A stretch of DNA of 64,000 nt from Kofleriaceae bacterium. GTDB lineage: Bacteria; Myxococcota_A; Polyangia; Haliangiales; Haliangiaceae. Below, one piece after another: positions 11,339-21,357 of this stretch (positions within the stretch are counted from its first letter, which is position 1; the number at the start of each line of letters is the position of its first letter). A model generated the notes under the pieces. The model searched no databases. It saw only the letters and a program-made list of their open reading frames with translations, and was not told the origin of the DNA. The position numbers were made by a program, and so were the translations under genes. Where the stretch lies: the NCBI GenBank assembly GCA_046597055.1, contig JBKJLC010000178.1, positions 1 through 64,000 of the forward strand, in the 5' to 3' direction.

Positions 11339-12685
11339 ATGCGCGACCGCTACACGATCACGGAGCGACTGGACCAGGGCGGAATGGCCGAGGTCTTCCG
11401 CGGCGTTGCGGAGTCGATCGAGGGGTTCAAGAAGTCGGTTGCGATCAAACGCATCCTTCCGAACCTGACGAAGAACCAGAAGTTCGTCTCGATGTTTCTC
11501 GACGAGGCGCGGCTGTCGCTGTTCCTGCAGCACGCCAACATCGTCCAGGTCTTCGACATCTCGAAGACCCCCGACAACGCGTACTTCCTGGTGATGGAGT
11601 ACGTCGATGGGTGCAACCTCAAGGCGCTCATCGAACGACAGAAGCAGCGCGGCAAGCGGATCGAGATCGCGCCCACGATCTACCTGATGATCGAGTGCTG
11701 CAAGGCGCTGAACTACGCCCACAACCTCGAGCATCCCGAGACCAACGAGCCGCTCGGCATCGTGCACCGGGACATCTCGCCGCCGAACATCCTGCTGTCG
11801 AAGAACGGCGAGGTGAAGCTGGTCGACTTCGGGCTGGCCAAGGCCAACAGCCAGATCGAATCGACCGATCCCGGCGTGGTGAAAGGCAAGTTCAGCTACC
11901 TGTCGCCCGAGGCCGCCAGCGGCCTGCCGGTCGACCACCGCGCCGACGTGTTCGCGGTCGGCATCATCCTCTGGGAGATGTTCACCAGCCGCCGGCTGTT
12001 CTACGGCGATACCGACTACCAGACGGTCGAGCAGGTGCGGCAGGCCCGGGTGCCCTCGCTGCAGGCGCTCAACCCCGAGATCGAGCCCGAGCTCGAGCAG
12101 ATCGTCCGCAAGTCGCTGTCGCGCGCGCCCGACGACCGCTACGCCAGCGCCGCCGATCTCGGCGACGCGCTCGCCCAGTACCTGTTCTCGCGGCGGATGA
12201 AGGTCACGGCGCGCGACATCACCAATCTCGTGCGCGACACGCAGATCGAGATGATGCGCAAGCGGTCCTCCGAGCCCAAGGAGTCGATCGGCGCGCTCAT
12301 CAATGACGAGGTCCAGCGCCTGAGCTCGCTGGTCGGCGCCGAGGAGGTCGACCCCAATCCGCGCGGCGGCGGCGCGGCCAGCCTCGACCCGCTGCACTTC
12401 GTGGACACCGCCGCCTGGGCCGGCGACATGGACACCACCGGCAACCTGCCCCGCCCGGCGGCGCGACCGGCCGGCGCGCCGGTGCAGCCCACCGCCTCGC
12501 CCGGGACCCCGCCGAACCGGCCGCCCGGGTCCAGCTCGACCGACGTCGAGTCGCTGCAGGCGATGCTCGAGCCCGATCGCACCGGCCTGCACCAGCGCGG
12601 GGGCAGCAACATGCTGATCGCGATCCTGGTGGTGCTGCTGCTGGTCGCGGGCGCGGGTGCGTACGTCGTGACGCAGGTGCTGTAG
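11339..12685 (+). CDS. Membrane-anchored Ser/Thr protein kinase
   Basis: GGMAEV, VAIKR, HRDISPPN, DFG and YLSPE motifs; C-terminal TM helix. Confidence 0.95.
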   Translation: MRDRYTITERLDQGGMAEVFRGVAESIEGFKKSVAIKRILPNLTKNQKFVSMFLDEARLSLFLQHANIVQVFDISKTPDNAYFLVMEYVDGCNLKALIERQKQRGKRIEIAPTIYLMIECCKALNYAHNLEHPETNEPLGIVHRDISPPNILLSKNGEVKLVDFGLAKANSQIESTDPGVVKGKFSYLSPEAASGLPVDHRADVFAVGIILWEMFTSRRLFYGDTDYQTVEQVRQARVPSLQALNPEIEPELEQIVRKSLSRAPDDRYASAADLGDALAQYLFSRRMKVTARDITNLVRDTQIEMMRKRSSEPKESIGALINDEVQRLSSLVGAEEVDPNPRGGGAASLDPLHFVDTAAWAGDMDTTGNLPRPAARPAGAPVQPTASPGTPPNRPPGSSSTDVESLQAMLEPDRTGLHQRGGSNMLIAILVVLLLVAGAGAYVVTQVL

Positions 12686-12760
12686 CCCCGTCGAGACCGC
12701 GCCGCCGATCCCAGACCCCGCGGTGACGCGATCTCGCGCGGGGTGCATTAGCATTTGGGC

Positions 12761-15268
12761 ATGCGGCTCGGAGCTGGCGTCGTCCTCGTCCTCGTGCTGG
12801 GAGCCTGCGGCGATAACGTCGTGCGCGCCCCGGCGACCCTGACCGTCGGCGGTCTCGAGGTCCGCCTCGACGAGGTGCCCGCGCGCATCGAGGTGCGCCG
12901 GGGCGACGAGGTGCTGTGGGCGACCGCGCCCGGGCTCGCCCGCGACGGCGACGAGCCCGCGGTGTTCGCGGCGACCCGCCGCACCGACGCCGCCGTCAGC
13001 ATGCAGTTCGGCTCGTTCCGGTTCGAGCCCGACGACGACACGCCGTGGCGAGGCGTGGCGACCCTGGCCGTGACCGCGCAGACCGCAGCGACGATCACGT
13101 TCGAGCTGCGCGACCGGGTCGGCGACCCGATGGGCACCGGCGAGGTGACCCTGACCGCGGCCGACGGCGCCGGCGAGGTCGTGCTGGGGCTCGATCTGTC
13201 GGCGGTCGGCGGCAACCGCGCCTCGATCGCATTCGCCTGCGAGGACCGCGATCACTTCCTGGGCCTGGGCGGCCAGTCGTTCGCGGTCGACCACCGCGGC
13301 CAGTCGGTCGCGCTGTGGGTGCAGGAGGACGGCATCAGCAAGCTCGACGTGCCCGACGACAACTACGACGGCGTGTGGGCGCTGACCGGGCGCCGCCACT
13401 CGACGCACACGCCGATGCCGATGATGCTGTCGTCACGGGGCTGGGCGCTCGCGCTCGACACCAACCGGCGGGCGCGCTTCGACCTGTGCGCGACCGACCC
13501 CGCGCTGGCCCGGCTCGAGGCCTGGGACGACCAGCTCACCGTGCGGCTGTTCGTGGGCAACTCGCCGCGCGACTCGATCGCGCGGATGACCGCGTGGATC
13601 GGCCGGCCGGCGGTGCCACCGGCGTTCGCGTTCGCGCCGTGGCTCGACGCGATCTACGGCCAGGCCAACGTGCGCCGGGTCGCCGACGCGCTGCGGGCTG
13701 CCGACGTGCCGGTCAGCGTGATCTGGAGCGAGGACTGGCGCGGCGGCAACGACGAGACCGGCCCGGCCGGTGGCTACGTGCTCGAGGAGGACTGGCGGGT
13801 CGACCGTACGATTTACCCAGACTTCGAGGGGCTCGCCGGCCACCTCCACGACAGCGGCTACAAGTTCCTGACCTACGCCAACACCTTCATCGACACCGAC
13901 GCCGACGTGCGATCCGAGGCGATCGCGCTCGGCCACACGATCAAGCGCCCGGACGGCAGCGTCCACGACTTCCTCGGCGTGAAGTTCCGCGACTCGACCC
14001 TGCTCGATCTGTCGAGCCCGGCCGCGGTCGCGTGGGCCAAGGGCGTGTACGGCGAGACCTTCGCGATCGGCTCGGACGGCTGGATGGCCGACTTCGGCGA
14101 GTGGTTGCCGACCGACGCCGTGCTGGCCTCCGGCGAGTCCGGGCTCGACTACCACAACCAGTACGCGACCGACTGGCTCCGCCTGAACCACGAGCTGTTC
14201 ACCGAGGCCCAGGCCCGCGACGGCATCGAGCGCCTCTACTTCGCCCGCGCCGGCGGCCTCGGCGCCCAGCCGTACATGCAGGTGGTGTGGGCGGGCGATC
14301 AACAGACCGACTTCACCGTCGGCGACGGCCTGCCGTCGGTGATCCCGATGGGGATCGGCCTGGGGCTCACCGGCTTTCCGTACTTCGGCCACGACATCGC
14401 GGGCTACATGAGCCAGACCACCGTGCCGGTCAGCCGCGAGCTGTGGTTCCGCTGGGTGACGTTCGGTGCCCTGTCGCCGGTGATGCGGACCCATCACGGC
14501 CGCAGCGCGCGCGAGAACTGGCACTGGGAGCGCGACGCCGAGACCACCGCGCACCTGCGCCGCTGGGCCAAGCTGCACATGCAGCTCGTGCCCTATCTAC
14601 GGATGCTCGCCGTCGACGCCCACGCCACCGGGGCGCCGCTGTTCCGCCCGTTCGTGATCGATCACCCCACCTGGACACCCGGCTGGTCCCTCGCCGACCA
14701 GTACATGCTCGGCGATCGCATCGCGGTCGCGCCGGTGGTGGTGGCGGGCGCGACGTCGCGCGAGGTCCGGCTGCCGGCCGGCCGGTGGTACGGCCTGCTC
14801 GACGGGGCCGCGCTCGACAGCGACGGGGACCGGCCGCTGTCGGTGAGCGCGACCGTGTCCGAGATCCCCGCGTTCGTGCCGGACTGCAGCGTGCTCGCGA
14901 TGTACCCCGAGCGGGTCGATACCGTCGTCGCGACCGCGGGGGTAGCCGGGGCCGGCGTGGTGACGGCCGCGGCGGTCGGCGATGACCGCGAGCTGTGGCT
15001 GTACCCGTGCCAGGCGCCCGGCGCGGGCGGCGTGCGGACGATGACCGAGGCCGGCGGGCTCACCTACGTGCGGTCGGGCGGGTTCGGGCCGGGCGCGGCG
15101 GCGTGGAACGGCGCGCCGGTGACGTTCGCGGCCGAGGGCAGCGGCGGACGCTGGCTGAGCGCGGAGGTCGTGGGGCCCGGGCGGCTGACGGTCGATGGCG
15201 TCGAGGTCGTGCGCGCGGACGGCGGCGCCGCCGGTCGACGGATCCGGCTGCGGAGCGTCGGGCCGTAG
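12761..15268 (+). CDS. Glycoside hydrolase family 31 lipoprotein (YihQ-like subgroup)
   Basis: Lipobox LGAC; WMADFGE nucleophile motif, WAGDQ acid/base motif, HDIAGY, MRTHHG. Confidence 0.88.
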   Translation: MRLGAGVVLVLVLGACGDNVVRAPATLTVGGLEVRLDEVPARIEVRRGDEVLWATAPGLARDGDEPAVFAATRRTDAAVSMQFGSFRFEPDDDTPWRGVATLAVTAQTAATITFELRDRVGDPMGTGEVTLTAADGAGEVVLGLDLSAVGGNRASIAFACEDRDHFLGLGGQSFAVDHRGQSVALWVQEDGISKLDVPDDNYDGVWALTGRRHSTHTPMPMMLSSRGWALALDTNRRARFDLCATDPALARLEAWDDQLTVRLFVGNSPRDSIARMTAWIGRPAVPPAFAFAPWLDAIYGQANVRRVADALRAADVPVSVIWSEDWRGGNDETGPAGGYVLEEDWRVDRTIYPDFEGLAGHLHDSGYKFLTYANTFIDTDADVRSEAIALGHTIKRPDGSVHDFLGVKFRDSTLLDLSSPAAVAWAKGVYGETFAIGSDGWMADFGEWLPTDAVLASGESGLDYHNQYATDWLRLNHELFTEAQARDGIERLYFARAGGLGAQPYMQVVWAGDQQTDFTVGDGLPSVIPMGIGLGLTGFPYFGHDIAGYMSQTTVPVSRELWFRWVTFGALSPVMRTHHGRSARENWHWERDAETTAHLRRWAKLHMQLVPYLRMLAVDAHATGAPLFRPFVIDHPTWTPGWSLADQYMLGDRIAVAPVVVAGATSREVRLPAGRWYGLLDGAALDSDGDRPLSVSATVSEIPAFVPDCSVLAMYPERVDTVVATAGVAGAGVVTAAAVGDDRELWLYPCQAPGAGGVRTMTEAGGLTYVRSGGFGPGAAAWNGAPVTFAAEGSGGRWLSAEVVGPGRLTVDGVEVVRADGGAAGRRIRLRSVGP

Positions 15269-15291
15269 CGAGGCGAGGCCGCATCCGCGGC

Positions 15292-15442
15292 GGCACGGGC
15301 ATCGGCATCGGCAGCGGCACCAGCGGCACCAGCATCAGCGCCGGCACCCGCATCAGCACCGGCACCCGCGTCAGCACCGGCACCGGCACCGGCACTCGCA
15401 TCAGCACCAGCACCCGCATCAGCATCAGCATCAGCAGCGGCA
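15292..15442. repeat. Degenerate hexanucleotide tandem tract (GGCACC/AGCATC/GGCATC units)
   Basis: Directly visible run of 6-bp units in the intergenic region after the GH31 gene. Confidence 0.85.
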
Positions 15443-15453
15443 CCGCTCCCCCG

Positions 15454-15636
15454 CCCGGTGTCCCTGAGCGAAGCGCGCAGCGCGGAGTCGAAGGGCAGAC
15501 GGCAGCCTGCCAGGTGCAGCACCCCATCTTCGACGCGCTGCCCTCAGGATTGATCACAGGTCTCCATGTGATCGGAAGCGCTCATCCTTTCCCGGTGTCC
15601 CTGAGCCGGCGCCGAAGGCGCCGCGTCGAAGGGCAG
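15454..15636. repeat. Cluster of REP-like elements (GTCCCTGAGC-hairpin-GTCGAAGGGCAG)
   Basis: Copies at 15454-15498 and 15591-15636, plus an inverted variant at 15525-15551; same family at 58041-58262. Confidence 0.75.
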
Positions 15637-15659
15637 AGCGCGGGCCCGCTGCGCGACCG

Positions 15660-16586
15660 CTACGACGTCGCAAACAACGCGATCAGCAACCCGATCGCCG
15701 CCACCGCGACCGCCGCCGCCGCCAGCGCCGGCCACCGCGACGCTCTCGCCTCCTCCTCCCGCTCCTCGGCCGCGACCGGCATCCGCCCCGTCGCCCCCGC
15801 GCCGGCGCGCTTCCCGGCCCGCGTCACCGTCTCCAGCAGCTGCGCCCCGCCCGCGCTCAACCGCCCTTCCAGCTCCACCAGCATCGCCGCCGCCGGATCC
15901 CGGTACCGCACCACGGTCGCCCCCAGCGTGATCCGCGCGCCATCCGCCAGCAACAGCCCCGGCGCCTCCCGCGGCGCGGGTCGTCCGTCCACCTGCGTGC
16001 CGTTCTTCGAGTCCAGATCGGTCACCCACACCCCGTCGAAGCGCCGCTCGATGACCGCATGGTTGCGCGAGAGATCCGGATCCAGCAGCACCCACGTCGA
16101 CGTGTCGCCGCGCCCGATCACCACCCGCGCTTCCGGCGGCGGCAAGGCCAGCCGCTGGCCGGCGACCGGGCCCTCCTCGACCGTGAGCTCGGGTGCCAGC
16201 TCGGGGTGCTCGGACGACTCGCCGCCGAGCAGGTCGCGCACGAGCTCACGCGCCAGCGACTCCGTGCGATCGCGCCCGGTGCCGGCCTCACCGTCCCAGG
16301 GCACCGCGACCATGCGAGCCGGGCCGATGTCGACCGGTCGGCCCGCGCAGGCCCGCAGCTCGTCGACCACCAGCTCGACCCCGTCGAGAAAGGCCCCGGG
16401 CGCCAGCGCGATCGCGACCACGCCCTCGCCATCGCGCAGGAAGCGCAGGTGGACCGGCGCCAGCGCCGGGTCGGCGACGCGGACGTCGGCCGCGCGGCCA
16501 CTGCCGACCAGCGCGCTGCCGCCGAGCTCGATCGGACGCGGCGTGCCGCCATGGATCGCCAGCGAAACCTTCAGGTGAGCCCTCAT
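15660..16586 (-). CDS. FHA domain-containing membrane protein
   Basis: IGRG...LSRNHA...[11 protein letters not shown] motif, a degenerate N-terminal FHA and a C-terminal TM. Confidence 0.85.
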   Translation of the reverse strand: MRAHLKVSLAIHGGTPRPIELGGSALVGSGRAADVRVADPALAPVHLRFLRDGEGVVAIALAPGAFLDGVELVVDELRACAGRPVDIGPARMVAVPWDGEAGTGRDRTESLARELVRDLLGGESSEHPELAPELTVEEGPVAGQRLALPPPEARVVIGRGDTSTWVLLDPDLSRNHAVIERRFDGVWVTDLDSKNGTQVDGRPAPREAPGLLLADGARITLGATVVRYRDPAAAMLVELEGRLSAGGAQLLETVTRAGKRAGAGATGRMPVAAEEREEEARASRWPALAAAAVAVAAIGLLIALFATS

Positions 16587-16660
16587 CGGCCCGACCTATC
16601 GTGCCTGGCATCACGCGGTTGCGTCTTGGCGTGGTCGTGCAATTGCGCCACGATGGGAGG

Positions 16661-19291
16661 ATGCGATGGGCACTCGCGGCCGCGTGCCTGACCGCCCTCG
16701 CGGCGATCCCGGCCACGGCGTGCGGCGCAACCCTGACCGGCGCCGTCTACATCGACCGCAACGGCGACCGGGTCCGCCAGGGCAGCGAGCCCGGTGTGCC
16801 CGGGGCGGTGGTCGCCCTCGATGGCGCCGCCTTCGCGGTCACCGATGCGCGCGGCGAGTACGTCCTGGACGTACCGCTGGTGGCCGGCATCGTGTGGGTG
16901 CGGGTCCCCGACGGGTTTCGCCCGGGCCCGGTGTGGCGCCCGGCCCAGGCCGGCGAACTCGACCTGGGTGTGGTTCCGCTCACGGCCGACGAGGCCGCGG
17001 CGCCCGTCACCTTCGTCGTCGCCGCCGACTCGCACATGACCGACAACCCGGCCGACCCCTGGGACGGCGGCGATCTCGCCGACGCGATCGATCAGGCGAT
17101 CGGGCTGCCCGAACCGCCTCGCTTCTTCACGATCGTCGGCGATGTCACCCAGGGCAACCAGCCCGGCGAGTTCGCCCGGATCGACGCCGCGCTCGACGGC
17201 GTGACGGTGCCGTGGGTGCCGGTGCCGGGCAACCACGACTGGTACGACGGCGGCGCGGCCTGGCGGGCGCGCTGGGGTCCCGACAACTACAGCTTCGACG
17301 TCGGCGACCTGCACGTGATCGTGTGGGACACCAACCTGTCCGACGATCGGCAGATCGGGTTCGTCACCGCCGACCTCGCGCACGTCGCGCCGTCGATGAC
17401 CGTGGTCGGGCTCGGCCACGCGTCGCCGAACGACGCGGTCGCCGACCAGCTCGCCGCGCTCGGCGTCGACTACCTGTTCACCGGGCACTGGCATGCCAAC
17501 CGGCGGGTCGAGCGTGAGGGCCTGGTCGAGTGGGGCACCCAGACGTTCGTGATGGGCAGCATCGATCAGTCGCCGTCGGGCTACCGCGTGATCACGTTCG
17601 AGGGCGGCGTGCCGTCGATCGTCCACCGCGAGCGCCTGCTGGCGCCCCAGCTGGCGCTGACCGCGCCCCACCCCGGCAGCTGCGCGCCGCCGTCGGGCTT
17701 CGAGCTGATCGTCGCGGCCGCGCTCGATGCCGCCACACCCGAGGTGACCGCCCGGCTCGACTGCGGCGAGCCGATCGAGCTGGCCCCGCGCGGCGGCTGG
17801 ACGTTCGCGGCCGCGGTGCCGGCGCTGGCGCCGGGCCCGCACGCGGTCACGCTGCAGGCGACCTCGCCGTCGGGACGGAGCCACACGCGCCAGGTCTCGT
17901 TCGAGGTGTGCGCGACGACCGATCCGGCGCCGGTGCCCGGTGACTGGCCGCAGCTCGGCGGCGGTCCTGCCCACGCCGGCAACGCGCCGCGCCCGATCGC
18001 GCCGCCGCTGACCCAGCGCTGGGCGACCTCGGTCGGTGGCACGGTGGTGCTCGGCTCGCCGGTCGTCGCGGACGGCATCGTCGTGGTGTCGGTGACCGAT
18101 CTCGGGGCCGGCGATGGCGGCGGCCTGGTCGCGCTCGATCTGGCGACCGGCGCGGTCCGCTGGCGCTACGTCACGCCCTACCCGGTGCGCAACGCGCCCG
18201 CGATCGACGGCGACACGGTCGTGGTCGCGCTCGGCCACGGCGAGATCCACGCGGTCGGGCTCGCCGACGGGGCGCGGCGCTGGAGCTACGACGTCGCCGA
18301 CGGCCTGCCGACCTTCGAGTCGTCGCTGTGGGCGGCGCCGACGATCGCCGATGGCGCGGTCCTGGTCACGGTGCAGGGCCGGATGGCCGCGATCGACCTC
18401 GCCACCGGCCTGCCGCGCTGGGAGCAGGCGCTGGTGCCGGTGTATCCGTGGCTGGGCACGCTGGCCGCGGTCGCCGCCGGCGAGGGCGCCGCGATCGCGA
18501 CGTACTCGCGCGACGACGGGCTGACCGCGTGGAGCGCCGCCACCGGCTCGAAGCTGTGGGAGATCAAGTCGGGCCGGTCGGTCGCGATCAACGCCACCCC
18601 GGTGATCGCGGGCGGCATCGCGTACATCGTGAGCTCGCTCGGCGCGGTCACCGCGGTCGAGATCGCCACCGCGAGGCAACTGTGGAGCAACGGCTACACG
18701 CCGGGCGGCTTCGACTGGGGCTACTCGGTCACCGCTGCGCCCGCGGTCGCCGGCGGTCGTCTGTTCCTGCCGACGCAGTGGAAGGATCTGGTCGCGATCG
18801 ACGCCGCCACCGGCGCCGAGCTGTGGCGGGCCACCACGCCGCTCGGCCCGCTCAACTTCGCGCACTACCGCTCGGCCGAGCCCGGCTTCGCGGCCAGCCC
18901 GGTCGTCACCGGCGATCTGGTGTGGGTCCCGCGCCCCGACGGCAGCCTGGTCGCCCTCGCCGCCGACGATGGCCGCGAGCTGTGGTCGACCGATCTCGGC
19001 GCGCCGATCGTGAGCGCGCCGGCGCCCGCGGGCGACTACCTGATCGTCGCCACCTACGACGGCACCGTGCGCGCGCTCGCCCCCGCCGCCGCCGCGATCA
19101 CGCCCACCACCGCCGCGCCCTGCCCCGACCTGCCGCCGGCGCCGCCGGTCGACCCGGGCGGCTGCTGCTCGAGCGTCCGCGACGACGGCCGCAGCGCGCT
19201 GCTGCTGGGCGCGGTGATCGCCGGCCTGCTGGCCCGTCGTCCCTCGACGCGCGAGCGCAAGCGCGCGCGGCGCCGGAAAACCGGCCCGTGA
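16661..19291 (+). CDS. Exported metallophosphoesterase with PQQ-like beta-propeller and MYXO-CTERM-like tail
   Basis: ADSH, GDVT, GNHD and GHWH metallophos motifs; repeated ALDLATG...W propeller blades; C-terminal GGCC-hydrophobic-RR. Confidence 0.85.
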   Translation: MRWALAAACLTALAAIPATACGATLTGAVYIDRNGDRVRQGSEPGVPGAVVALDGAAFAVTDARGEYVLDVPLVAGIVWVRVPDGFRPGPVWRPAQAGELDLGVVPLTADEAAAPVTFVVAADSHMTDNPADPWDGGDLADAIDQAIGLPEPPRFFTIVGDVTQGNQPGEFARIDAALDGVTVPWVPVPGNHDWYDGGAAWRARWGPDNYSFDVGDLHVIVWDTNLSDDRQIGFVTADLAHVAPSMTVVGLGHASPNDAVADQLAALGVDYLFTGHWHANRRVEREGLVEWGTQTFVMGSIDQSPSGYRVITFEGGVPSIVHRERLLAPQLALTAPHPGSCAPPSGFELIVAAALDAATPEVTARLDCGEPIELAPRGGWTFAAAVPALAPGPHAVTLQATSPSGRSHTRQVSFEVCATTDPAPVPGDWPQLGGGPAHAGNAPRPIAPPLTQRWATSVGGTVVLGSPVVADGIVVVSVTDLGAGDGGGLVALDLATGAVRWRYVTPYPVRNAPAIDGDTVVVALGHGEIHAVGLADGARRWSYDVADGLPTFESSLWAAPTIADGAVLVTVQGRMAAIDLATGLPRWEQALVPVYPWLGTLAAVAAGEGAAIATYSRDDGLTAWSAATGSKLWEIKSGRSVAINATPVIAGGIAYIVSSLGAVTAVEIATARQLWSNGYTPGGFDWGYSVTAAPAVAGGRLFLPTQWKDLVAIDAATGAELWRATTPLGPLNFAHYRSAEPGFAASPVVTGDLVWVPRPDGSLVALAADDGRELWSTDLGAPIVSAPAPAGDYLIVATYDGTVRALAPAAAAITPTTAAPCPDLPPAPPVDPGGCCSSVRDDGRSALLLGAVIAGLLARRPSTRERKRARRRKTGP

Positions 19292-19312
19292 TCACGACGG
19301 CTCGGTCGCGCG

Positions 19313-21331
19313 TCACAGGCCCGTGAAGCGCAGCACGCCGACCGCGACGCCGACCGACCCGGTCGGGACCTGCGCCCCGGCGCTGCCGGCCGCCACCGGC
19401 CCGATCGCCGTCTCGATCGCGAGCTCCTGCAGCCCGACCGGCCCCGCGACATCCCAGCTCACGACCGTCGTCCCGACCGGCAGGGTCGCGCGCACCATCA
19501 CCTCGTCGTTCCAGCGCACGACCACCGCCTGATCGGCGCGCGCCGACGTCAGGGGCAACGACAGCCGGTGTGGCTGCGGGATCAGCACCGGCACGAAGAA
19601 CGCCGCGTGCGGTGCCGTCGTCCACCGGACCGCGCGCCCGGCACCGGGTACCGGCGGCCCGACCCCGCCGATCACGTACGGCTCGATGCCGCCGCCGCCG
19701 AGATCCCAGTCGGCGGTCATCCCGCGCAGCGACGCGCGCGTGTACTCCATCGGCGGCGCGAACGGATAGTCCCCGATGACCTCGTCCCACCGCCGCGCCG
19801 GCAGCCCGTGCTGCCACCCGAACACCGCGCTGGCCGGCAGCGCGAACGGGTTGCCCATCGCCCGGTAGATCGGCGCGGCGACCCACGCGAGCGGACCCGG
19901 CACGCCCCGGCAGCAGATCGGCCCGGCCCGGCGCTCGGCCGCGCGGCCGCTGTGGTGCTTGAGGACCAGGCCCAGGTTCCACGCGACGAACCAGCCGAGG
20001 ACGAGCCCGGCGAGCGCGTGCCAGACCACGCGCGGCGCCCGCCAGCGCGCGACCGCGCGGCCGAGGACATGCAGCCACCCGGCCAGCCCGACCACGACCG
20101 GCAGGGTCATGGAGCACAGCCGGCGCGCGCCGAAGCTGGCGTTGCCCCACCAGTCATAGATGATGCTGTTCAGGTAGACCTGCACCGCGACCGCCGCGAG
20201 CAGGCCGAGCGCGAGCAGGCGGGCCCGGTCGCCGACCCGGGCGCCGCGCACGGCCAGCAGCACCAGGCCGAGCACGCCGGCGTACGCGATCGGGGTGGTC
20301 GCGAACCAGCCGTTGCGCGCGGCGAACAGCAGCTCGACGATCATCGGGTGCGTCGGCCGCGTGTAGTGCGGGCCCTGCGGCAGCGCGAACGGATCGCCGT
20401 AGATGATCGTCCACGCCAGCAACTGCGGGACGAACACCACCAGCGCGATCGCCAGCACCGCGGCGCCGCGAGCGACCAGCCCGGCCCGCCACCGCCACCG
20501 CGAGCCACCCTCGGGTGCACGGCCCACGATCGCGGCGACGATCTCGACCGCGACCACGATGCCGAGGCCGAGCTCCTGGGCGCGCACCAGCGCGGCGAGC
20601 CCGAGCAGCCCGCCGAGCAGAGCGACCCGGCGCCACCGCCAGTCGCCGAGCGTGAGCGCCCACGCGGCGAGGAACCCGGCCGCGGCCGCGGCGTCCATCG
20701 CGTGGCCGTAGCTCGGCATGTAGGTCGCGTAGTAGGTGAGCGAGGTGCCGAGCAGCACCGCGGCGGCCGACCAGGCAGGCGCCCAGGTCCCGCCGATCCG
20801 CCGGCGGAACACCCAGACACCGAGCAGGACGGCGAGGCAGCCGAACCCGACGCTCGAGGCGAACACGATGCGCTGATGCCAGATCGTGTAGCCGTGGGAC
20901 TCGATCTTGGCGCCGAGCCGGTTGGCCACCATCGCGCCGCCGTCGGCCGCGGCGAGCAGCGGCGCCCACACCAGCACCGGTCCGATCGGGTGCGGGATGC
21001 CCTTGCGGCCGGTCCTGGTGCGGGCCTGGCCCCACGGATCGCCGAACCGCGCCAGGTCGTTGTCGAAGACGAGGTCGCGGTCGAACACGAACGACCGCAG
21101 CATCAGGTAGGTCATGTGGCCGTCGCCGCGGGCGAGCACCGGGCGGTACCGGCCGTCGCCGCGGGGCGAGGTCGGGTCACCTCCCATGTCGTCGTTCGTG
21201 CAGTACATGCACGCGATCACCAGGCAGGCCGCGACCAGCAGCAGCCGGGGCGCGCGGCCGAGGCCGGCGCCGATCCGGACCAGCGAGCGCAGGCGTCGCC
21301 AGCGAGGAGTCGTCGGAGCGCGCGCGGTCAC
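19313..21331 (-). CDS. Polytopic membrane protein, probable GT-C-fold glycosyltransferase
   Basis: Many TM helices; RGDGHMTY early loop, WWGNASFGARR late motif. Start uncertain. Confidence 0.65.
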   Translation of the reverse strand: MTARAPTTPRWRRLRSLVRIGAGLGRAPRLLLVAACLVIACMYCTNDDMGGDPTSPRGDGRYRPVLARGDGHMTYLMLRSFVFDRDLVFDNDLARFGDPWGQARTRTGRKGIPHPIGPVLVWAPLLAAADGGAMVANRLGAKIESHGYTIWHQRIVFASSVGFGCLAVLLGVWVFRRRIGGTWAPAWSAAAVLLGTSLTYYATYMPSYGHAMDAAAAAGFLAAWALTLGDWRWRRVALLGGLLGLAALVRAQELGLGIVVAVEIVAAIVGRAPEGGSRWRWRAGLVARGAAVLAIALVVFVPQLLAWTIIYGDPFALPQGPHYTRPTHPMIVELLFAARNGWFATTPIAYAGVLGLVLLAVRGARVGDRARLLALGLLAAVAVQVYLNSIIYDWWGNASFGARRLCSMTLPVVVGLAGWLHVLGRAVARWRAPRVVWHALAGLVLGWFVAWNLGLVLKHHSGRAAERRAGPICCRGVPGPLAWVAAPIYRAMGNPFALPASAVFGWQHGLPARRWDEVIGDYPFAPPMEYTRASLRGMTADWDLGGGGIEPYVIGGVGPPVPGAGRAVRWTTAPHAAFFVPVLIPQPHRLSLPLTSARADQAVVVRWNDEVMVRATLPVGTTVVSWDVAGPVGLQELAIETAIGPVAAGSAGAQVPTGSVGVAVGVLRFTGL

Positions 21332-21357
21332 CGGCCGTGTACTATATATGTCTTCTC

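Noticed and set aside
15292..15636. Possible CRISPR array or Ala-Asp/Ala-Gly repeat protein
   Set aside because: No identical repeats with regular unique spacers and no cas genes; the ORFs across it are low-complexity translations of the repeats
16606..16641. Sigma54-like TGGCA...TTGC motifs between the FHA and phosphoesterase genes
   Set aside because: GG-to-GC spacing is 12 or 9 nt rather than the required 10
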